Assembly: GCA_013289095.1 (NCBI GenBank)
Contig: JABDAO010000002.1
Coordinates: 2,673 to 66,672 of the forward strand
Direction: 5' to 3'
Length of the DNA stretch: 64,000 bases
Source of the DNA: Bacteroidota bacterium
Lineage (GTDB): Bacteria > Bacteroidota > Bacteroidia > Palsa-965
Both the position numbers and the translations under genes were made by a program. Below are positions 57,568-64,000 of this stretch, piece by piece (the first letter of the stretch is position 1; each line of letters opens with the position of its first letter). The notes under the pieces are model-generated. The model made no database searches, was not told where the DNA came from, and saw nothing but the letters and a program-made list of their open reading frames with translations.

Positions 57568-59007
57568 TTATAGTTTGGAATAGATGAACATCGAGCTTGC
57601 ACTCGTTCCAAAGATAAGAATCAGTGAAAGAATGATCGAACAAAAGGCTATATCAGCATATGCATTGTCCCATCGTGCTCCAATTTCCCCTTTTATAAGC
57701 ATGTGTATGATGATGAGCAGGGCAATAAAGAGGATGGAAAGGATAAAATTGGTGTACCCAAAGCTGGGTAACAGAAAGGCTGAAAAAGAGAGCGGGGTTT
57801 TCCAAAAGTGTCCGAGCTCACGGATCACGTATATTGAATCGGAGATTGATTGAGCCCTGAAGAATATCCAGCTGAAAGTGATCAGGATAAAGACTGTTAT
57901 CATGGATGGCACAGATACCCATCCGGATTTAAGACCGAGTGAAAGTTTCAATCTGAAATTTCGGGTTAAATATTCATACACCAGAATACTGCCGTGAAGC
58001 AATCCATAGGCCAGAAATGTCCATTGCGCACCATGCCACAGTCCACTGAGAAGAAATGTCGTGAGCAATGCAATCACAACCGACCAATCCCTGAGTGATG
58101 ACATGCTTGCAAAGATTGGCTTGAACAGATAATCATTATACCAGACGGTGAGTGTGATGTGCCAGCGTCGCCAGAATTCGGCCATCGATTTGCTCCGAAA
58201 AGGTTTGTTGAAGTTTGGGGAGAGCCTGAAGCCCAGGATCCGTGCTGACCCGATGGCGATGTCTGTGTAACCCGAAAAATCGCAATAAAGCTGGACGGAG
58301 AAGAAAAGCACGGCAAGCGAGAGGGTGTAGGCATGGAAATCATGCGGGTGCTGATAAACAGTATTCACATAGAGGGCGAGTCGGTCGGCAATGACCACTT
58401 TTTTGAAGAAACCCCAGAGCATCAGCCTTAGCCCGGTGAGGAGGTTTTCGGTGTTAAACAGGTGATTCTCTTTGAATTGAGGTATCAGTGCATAAGGTTT
58501 TTCGATCGGGCCATTGATCAGTTGTGGAAAAAAGAGAGCAGATGATGCATAGACGATGAAATTTCTTTCAGCACTCATTTTTCCACGGTATATCTCAATA
58601 AGATAGCTGATGGAACGCAAGGTATGGAAGGATAAGGCAAGAGGTAAAATTAAATGCAGGTACGGAAGGTGGCTGGTGGTCAGACCGAACGAGGACAAGG
58701 CTTCATTGATTGATTCGGAAAAAAAGTTGAAATACTTAAAAAAGAACAATACACACAAGTGGATGCTGATCGAAGCGAGATAGATTGATTTCTTCTTAGG
58801 CTGGGCTGTGCGTTCGATCAGGATTCCAGCCCCGTAATCAAGGAGAACCAAGGCGAGAAGCAGGAGAATATAAGTGGGTATAAAAGCCATGTAGAAGATA
58901 CAGCTTGCCAACAATAAATGCAGGGCCCGGTATTGATGGGGCATTAAAAAATACAACAGGGCAACGAGTGGAAAAAAAAGTAAAAATTCGAACGAATTGA
59001 AGATCAT
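57568..59007 (-). CDS. MBOAT family O-acyltransferase #4
   Basis: MIFNSFEFLLFFP, FPQLINGPIE, FWRRWHITL, GLWHGA; C-terminus FIYSKL. Confidence 0.9.
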   Translation of the reverse strand: MIFNSFEFLLFFPLVALLYFLMPHQYRALHLLLASCIFYMAFIPTYILLLLALVLLDYGAGILIERTAQPKKKSIYLASISIHLCVLFFFKYFNFFSESINEALSSFGLTTSHLPYLHLILPLALSFHTLRSISYLIEIYRGKMSAERNFIVYASSALFFPQLINGPIEKPYALIPQFKENHLFNTENLLTGLRLMLWGFFKKVVIADRLALYVNTVYQHPHDFHAYTLSLAVLFFSVQLYCDFSGYTDIAIGSARILGFRLSPNFNKPFRSKSMAEFWRRWHITLTVWYNDYLFKPIFASMSSLRDWSVVIALLTTFLLSGLWHGAQWTFLAYGLLHGSILVYEYLTRNFRLKLSLGLKSGWVSVPSMITVFILITFSWIFFRAQSISDSIYVIRELGHFWKTPLSFSAFLLPSFGYTNFILSILFIALLIIIHMLIKGEIGARWDNAYADIAFCSIILSLILIFGTSASSMFIYSKL

Positions 59008-59249
59008 GTGCTGAATAAGGTTGGGGAATATCCCTGTGTCTTCATAGATTCAATCCGACTCAACCCGTTTTCAGACCCCCAAAGTGAAGTTGAAGCCGAT
59101 GAGTCGCTCTTTTTCGCTGATAAATACTGGATTTTAAGCAAATGAACCACTTATTTCTGCATTTGCCAAGATATCTGGTCTATTTTTATACCGAATTATG
59201 CATTAAAAGTAGTCAGTCGCCTTAAAAGGCCAGCAAGCACAACGAACCC

Positions 59250-59302
59250 GCGGGATAACCCATCCCGATGACTATCCGTACCGCGCAAATCCTAACACAC
59301 TG
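59250..59302 (+). repeat. REP-like element, second copy
   Basis: GCGGGATAACCCATCCCGATGACTATC... matches the reverse complement of 48893-48947. Confidence 0.5.
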
Positions 59303-59419
59303 TGCATTAGCGCACAAGCCATCTAATGCATAATCTGGGTTTAGGCGATGTTCCTGTTCACGTTCATAAGTCGGTTAATTAGTTGCCTTCCCACCCCTTC
59401 CCAAACGATCCCTATTCAG

Positions 59420-59427
59420 TAATTTTG
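59420..59427 (+). promoter_or_regulatory. -7 promoter element TAATTTTG for ddl
   Basis: TAnnTTTG match 25 nt upstream of ATG 59452. Confidence 0.5.
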
Positions 59428-59451
59428 AGAAACATTCGTCTATTCATTGCC

Positions 59452-62145
59452 ATGAAACTCAAAATCGGAATCATCTTCGGGGGCCAGTCCAGGGAGCGCG
59501 AAATATCATTTGCCGGGGGACGGACCGTTTATGATAACCTGAATAAAGCGCTCTTCGAAGCGGTCCCGTTGTTTGTCGACAGCTTTGGAAATTTTCTCCT
59601 TCTCAACTGGGAATATATTTACAAAGGCAGCATCCGCGATTTTTATCCTCCTGCTGAAACCCTCCCCCCAGACAATGATGATTTTCAGCTCTATGCCGAA
59701 AGTCTGGGTCCTGCTTCGGCCGAGCAACAACATCGTCTGGCTGCCCGGCTCGGGAAACGAATACCGGTTTCAGAGCTCAGCAAGCACATCGATTTTGCAT
59801 TCCTGTGCCTCCATGGGGCCTTTGGGGAAGACGGTCGTATCCAGGGTCTGTTTGAATATTTTCATATCCCGTATTCGGGTTCAGGGATCCTTCCATCAGC
59901 CATTGGCATGGATAAAGCCGTGCAAAAACGTTTGATGACAGGGGCCGGCTTTAATAGTCCCCCTTTTCTTTCTTTTCACCGCAGGGAGTGGGATGCCGGC
60001 CATGAACAACATTTTTTTGAGAGGGCGTCAGCTCAGATCGGTTTCCCGTTGGTGGTGAAAGCAGCTCATCAGGGATCCTCCATCGGCATCAGCATCCTTC
60101 CTGATTCAGACTTCCAGGCTTTTTGTGGAGCGGTTGACCGAAGCTTTTTTATCCGACGTATTCAACCGGCTGAATGGAATCGACTCAACCACGACCAGAA
60201 AACAGATTTCATCCGGGTGCTTTGCGATATCCGCGAAGGAATAGGCATCCCCGTTAAAGCCGGGGCCCGGGTGTTTTATCTCCCGGCCGATTTGCTGACC
60301 TTTGTGAATGGATATTTCAGTAATCCCGAAACATCCGGACAGATTCTTACACTCGAATCGTTGGATGGTGAAAGCCAGGTGCTACTCGAAGGCTTTATCA
60401 GCGGACGTGAATTTTCATGCATCGTCCTGCAGGATGAGGCGGGCAGGCCCATTGCATTGCCCCCTACCGAGATCAGGAAAGGAAAGGAATTGTTCGATTA
60501 TCGTTCAAAATACCTGCCAGGTCTGAGCCGGAAGATTACCCCGATCGATTTGCCGGATACACAAATACAAGAAATCCGCGAACAATGCGAAACGCTTTTC
60601 GCCGCCCTTGAATTCGACGTTTATGCCCGTATCGACGGGTTTATCACAGCCGAAGGAAAGGTGTTTTTAAACGACCCGAACACCACCTCGGGCATGATGC
60701 CCTCCAGTTTCTTTTTTCACCAGGCTGCCGAAATCGGGTTGAACCCCTCGCAGTTCATCACCTACATTATCCGTACTTCGCTAAACTCCCGGATTCAGGC
60801 TTCGATGAACAGCGGAAGGTATGACGAGCTTCTTAAAAATCTGGAGGATGCCCTTTTAAAAGAAAAGACAGCGGGGGCCAGTAAGACCCGTATTGCTGTC
60901 TTGTTCGGAGGCTATTCATCCGAAAGACATATTTCAGTCGAGAGCGGCAGAAATGTCTATGAAAAACTTTCCTCTTCTGATAAATACGCCCCAATTCCCG
61001 TATTCCTTACCGGTAACGACAAAGAACATATCCTCTATGAGGTTCCTGTAAACTTGCTTCTGAAAGACAACGCCGATGATATTCGGGAAAAGGCCGAACA
61101 TTACCTCGTTCATCCGGTAGTCAAAGAGATCATCCGGCGTTGCTCCTTCATCACCGAAAAATACGCTCCCTCCTCGCGATTGCTGGAACCCCGCAGAATC
61201 ACATACGATGAACTAGGAACCTTGGCTGATGGTGTTTTTATTGCCCTGCATGGACGCCCGGGAGAGGATGGGGCCGTCCAGGAAAAACTGGAACAGATTG
61301 GCCTGGCCTATAATGGCTCTGATAAAGGAAGTTCAGAAATCACAATCGATAAATACCGCACCAACGAGATCCTGCTCAAGCACGGTCTGCTCGTTGCCGA
61401 GCACCTGTTGGTTACCAGGGCCGACTGGGATCAGCATGCTGATAGCGTAAAGAAACATATCCTGGAAAAGATCGGCCTTCCCTTTATTGCCAAACCTGTT
61501 GATGACGGTTGTAGCTCTGCCGTTAAAAAAATCAAGACTTTTGAAGAGCTGGATGCATTTGCCGCGTTGATTTTTCGGCTTTCTCCAAACCTCGATCCGG
61601 TTTCATCCGATGTATTGCATATCAAACCCAAGGAAGAATTTCCCATAAAACCTCTCTTCCTGGTCGAAGAACTGATTTCAAAACGCGATGCATTGCACTT
61701 TTTGGAAATAACCGGTGGAATGCTCACCCGGATGAACGACGAGGGTGAACTGGTTTACGAAGTGTTCGAAGCCAGTGAGGCCCTGAGCGAGGGTGAAGTC
61801 TTATCGCTCGAGGAGAAATTTCTGGCCGGGCAGGGCCAGAACATTACACCTGCCAGGTATTCAACGGATAAGACGATTCAGCAAAAGATCTCTGCCCATG
61901 TCAAATCCGAGTTGGGCAAGGCCGCCAGGTTCCTGGGGGTGACGGGTTATTGCCGCATTGATGCGTTTGTAAGAATTTACGAAAAAGGCAGGGCCGAAGT
62001 GATCTTCATTGAAGTCAATTCCCTGCCGGGGATGACACCCGCCACCTGCATCTTCCATCAAGCAGCCATTGATCAGCTCAAACCCTACGAGTTTATTGAT
62101 AAAATCCTTGATTTTGGGTTTAGAAAGAATTCACTTCACGCTTAA
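59452..62145 (+). CDS. ddl: D-alanine--D-alanine ligase with two tandem ligase modules
   Basis: Module 1: IFGGQSREREIS, LHGAFGEDG, DYRSKY, RIDGF. Module 2: LFGGYSSERHIS, LHGRPGEDG, RIDAF, EVNSLPGMT. Confidence 0.9.
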   Translation: MKLKIGIIFGGQSREREISFAGGRTVYDNLNKALFEAVPLFVDSFGNFLLLNWEYIYKGSIRDFYPPAETLPPDNDDFQLYAESLGPASAEQQHRLAARLGKRIPVSELSKHIDFAFLCLHGAFGEDGRIQGLFEYFHIPYSGSGILPSAIGMDKAVQKRLMTGAGFNSPPFLSFHRREWDAGHEQHFFERASAQIGFPLVVKAAHQGSSIGISILPDSDFQAFCGAVDRSFFIRRIQPAEWNRLNHDQKTDFIRVLCDIREGIGIPVKAGARVFYLPADLLTFVNGYFSNPETSGQILTLESLDGESQVLLEGFISGREFSCIVLQDEAGRPIALPPTEIRKGKELFDYRSKYLPGLSRKITPIDLPDTQIQEIREQCETLFAALEFDVYARIDGFITAEGKVFLNDPNTTSGMMPSSFFFHQAAEIGLNPSQFITYIIRTSLNSRIQASMNSGRYDELLKNLEDALLKEKTAGASKTRIAVLFGGYSSERHISVESGRNVYEKLSSSDKYAPIPVFLTGNDKEHILYEVPVNLLLKDNADDIREKAEHYLVHPVVKEIIRRCSFITEKYAPSSRLLEPRRITYDELGTLADGVFIALHGRPGEDGAVQEKLEQIGLAYNGSDKGSSEITIDKYRTNEILLKHGLLVAEHLLVTRADWDQHADSVKKHILEKIGLPFIAKPVDDGCSSAVKKIKTFEELDAFAALIFRLSPNLDPVSSDVLHIKPKEEFPIKPLFLVEELISKRDALHFLEITGGMLTRMNDEGELVYEVFEASEALSEGEVLSLEEKFLAGQGQNITPARYSTDKTIQQKISAHVKSELGKAARFLGVTGYCRIDAFVRIYEKGRAEVIFIEVNSLPGMTPATCIFHQAAIDQLKPYEFIDKILDFGFRKNSLHA

Positions 62146-62297
62146 TATTCGAAATCTTTCGTTCAGCTGAAAGGAATGGCCTTCTTCTTCGTCCCAAAGT
62201 TGTCAGTATAGCCGTTGGCATTCCTGTTGGGTTAGAGGGCGTTGATGAATCGGCTGTTTCTGCTCATTCTTCTACTGTCAAAACGTTCCCTCCCAAA

Positions 62298-62962
62298 GAT
62301 CTCTGTTTAAGCTTACCCACTGCTTGCCCGGGATTCCGGATGCCGTTGCTTAAGATCCCTGCCTGTTCCCCAGGGTTTTCGACATGTTCCCCAGAGTTCC
62401 CGACATGTTCCCCAAGCTTCCCGGCATGTTCCCCAAGCTTCCCTACATGTTTACTAAGCTTCCCGACATGTTTGCTAAGGTTCCCGACATGTTTACTAAG
62501 CTTCCCGACATGTTCCCCAAGCTTCCCGACATGTTTGCTAAGCTTCCCGACACGTTTACTAAGCTTCCCGACACGTTTACTAAACTTCCCGACATGTTCC
62601 CCAAGCTTCCCGACATGTTTACTAAGCTTCCCGACACATTTACTAAGCTTCCCGACATGTTTGCTAAGCTTCCCGACATGTTTACTAAGCTTCCCGACAC
62701 GTTTACTAAGCTTCCCGACATGTTCCCCAAGCTTCCCGACATGTTTGCTAAGCTTCCCGACATGTTTCCCAAGCTTCCCGACACGTTTACTAAGCTTCCC
62801 GACATGTTCCCCGAGGTTCCCGATATGTTCCCCAAGGTTCCCGACATGTTCCCTGAGGTTATCGACACGTTCCCCAAGGTTCCCGACATGTTCCCCAAGC
62901 TTCCCGACATGTTCCCCAAGGTTCCCGACATGTTTACTAAGCTTCCCGACATGTTCCCCAAG
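62298..62962. repeat. 21-bp tandem array #3 (unit AAGCTTCCCGACATGTTCCCC and variants)
   Basis: 27.5 well-conserved units (62384-62962) plus about 4 degenerate units on the left. No spacers. Confidence 0.97.
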
Positions 62963-63046
62963 CCTTGGCTACCCGAAGCCTTTGATTGGATTATTCAAAC
63001 AGACCCGATAGATCCTGACTGAAGTTTAGTAAATTTGAATCCGTAT

Positions 63047-63871
63047 ATGAAAAACGTGTTCGCCTTCCTGAAGAGTCGTATGTTTTTGAGACACCTGGGT
63101 GTTGCATTACTTGCATTGATTGCGGTGTTCTGGCTTGTTTTCGAAGGTCTTGACATCTATACCCGGCATGGCAAAACAGTAACCGTTCCAAGCTTTAATA
63201 ACCTTAAAGTCAGAGATTTGACCAGCTTTATCCATGGCAAACAACTAAAATATCTGGTAATCGATTCAATTTTTGATACTAAAAGAGACAAAGGCATCGT
63301 TATCAAACAGGAACCCGAGGCCGGATCGAAGGTAAAACCCGAACGGACCATCTATTTATACGTAACTTCGGTGATGCCTCCGCGTATAGCCATGCCGAGG
63401 CTGGAAGACAGATCGCTTCGTCAGGCCGTTGCTCTGCTCGAAACATACGGTTTGAAACTTGCCAAACCGGTGAAACGAAAACCCGATGTCTGTAACGGAT
63501 GCGTGCTGAGCCAGGAATACAAAGGCAAACGCATTGCCGAAGGGGCTATGATCGAGCGTGGTTCTGAAATTGTCCTCACCATCGGCGAAGGGCGCGAAGG
63601 AGGAGGCAGTGTCGGGATCCCGAATCTGATCGGTCTTACACGCCGGCAAGCGGTTCAAAGGCTGAATGAAAACAATTTATCTGAAGGAGCCATGATTTTT
63701 GATAAAAAGACCAAGGAAAAACAGGATACCGCTGCTGCTGTTGTTTACAGACAGAACCCCGCAGCAGGCGAGGATCATCTGATCAGCCCGGGCAGCAGTA
63801 TTGATTGTTACCTCACAACTGATAAAACCAGGTTGCACACAACATCTGATACAACCAATCAACATCCGTGA
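63047..63871 (+). CDS. PASTA-domain protein (membrane anchor plus three PASTA repeats)
   Basis: N-terminal TM helix, YTRHGKTVTVP, KQEPEAGSKVK, MPRLEDRSLRQA, IPNLIGLTRRQA, QNP. Confidence 0.9.
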   Translation: MKNVFAFLKSRMFLRHLGVALLALIAVFWLVFEGLDIYTRHGKTVTVPSFNNLKVRDLTSFIHGKQLKYLVIDSIFDTKRDKGIVIKQEPEAGSKVKPERTIYLYVTSVMPPRIAMPRLEDRSLRQAVALLETYGLKLAKPVKRKPDVCNGCVLSQEYKGKRIAEGAMIERGSEIVLTIGEGREGGGSVGIPNLIGLTRRQAVQRLNENNLSEGAMIFDKKTKEKQDTAAAVVYRQNPAAGEDHLISPGSSIDCYLTTDKTRLHTTSDTTNQHP

Positions 63872-64000
63872 TGAAAAGCTTACTTTTTCTTTCCATCGGT
63901 ATGTGTTTTTTCTTTTCCGGGGCCTGGGCTCAGGAAAAACTTGTTCCACTCCGGGCAAATGGGGCCCTCACCGCGAAAGATATTGAATTCAAAACACGGC
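63871..64000 (+). CDS. Secreted protein, 3'-truncated by the window edge
   Basis: ATG overlaps the PASTA stop (TGATG). MKSLLFLSIGMCFFFSGAWAQEKLVPL reads as a signal peptide with an AWA-Q cleavage site. Confidence 0.65.
   Translation, partial: MKSLLFLSIGMCFFFSGAWAQEKLVPLRANGALTAKDIEFKTR

Noticed and set aside
16388-59007. Bacteroides-style invertible-promoter capsule locus with UpxY/UpxZ, or Wza/Wzc capsule export
   Set aside because: No UpxY/NusG paralogue, recombinase, invertible promoter repeats, wza/wzc or ABC exporter was recognised.
59452-62145. van-type glycopeptide resistance cluster
   Set aside because: No vanH, vanX, vanRS or similar genes are present; the context is the housekeeping ddl-PASTA neighbourhood.
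62146-62280. Possible Fic-like N-terminal remnant on the minus strand (RPLTQQECQRLY*QLW...)
   Set aside because: Too short, interrupted by a stop codon and without a Fic motif. Cannot be supported without a search.
62298-62962. 21-bp arrays as CRISPR or TIGR-type guide arrays (also 13711-13930 and 32752-32856)
   Set aside because: Units are contiguous with no unique spacers, variation is limited to a few recurring substitutions, and no cas, Nop-domain or nuclease gene is nearby.
62340-63022. ORFs 62340..63011, 62384..63022 and 62443..62961 as real proteins
   Set aside because: A stop-free 21-bp unit opens several frames automatically. There is no independent support for any of them, so the region is listed as a repeat.
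1-64000. tRNA, rRNA, riboswitch, or DGR/retron elements
   Set aside because: No cloverleaf, rRNA-like or recognisable riboswitch sequence, and no reverse transcriptase, seen by eye. A covariance-model scan would be needed to exclude small ncRNAs.

Overview
Bacteroidota genomic window, judged from TAnnTTTG promoters, A-rich translation-initiation regions without Shine-Dalgarno sequences, and the conserved ddl-PASTA and YfhO-DUF4834 neighbourhoods. Positions 1-16.2 kb hold envelope and housekeeping genes: a GT4, YfhO, a VWA protein, an MBOAT/AlgJ-like pair, an Nramp-like transporter, the membrane pyrophosphatase HppA and rlmH. These are interrupted at 13.2-15.65 kb by an accessory islet: promoter, 21-bp tandem array, orphan 240-aa gene and a REP/MITE mosaic. 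Positions 16.4-59 kb are a visibly AT-richer surface-glycan locus. It contains galE, a GT11 fucosyltransferase, several GT2/GT4 enzymes, four FkbM methyltransferases, Wzx, a Wzy-like protein and pseudaminic-acid genes (pseB/F/I/G/H plus a non-canonical aminotransferase). It also contains FemAB-like, PhyH-like, sulfotransferase and GT-C-like proteins, repeated MBOAT/SGNH modules and an FkbH-ACP-MaoC-SDR-MBOAT operon. The window ends with a tandem-duplicated D-Ala-D-Ala ligase, a roughly 600-bp 21-bp tandem array and a PASTA protein. The best candidates for undescribed biology are three. (i) The three 21-bp arrays: two have start-less open frames encoding similar L-x-x-x-(V/T)-G-(K/N) heptads, and one sits in front of an orphan gene. 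(ii) A putative carrier-protein-dependent glyceryl/lactyl glycan-acylation system. (iii) A possibly split MBOAT gene that may mark a roughly 16-kb inversion. No tRNA, rRNA or CRISPR array was found. All family assignments come from motif recognition by eye; no database searches were run.
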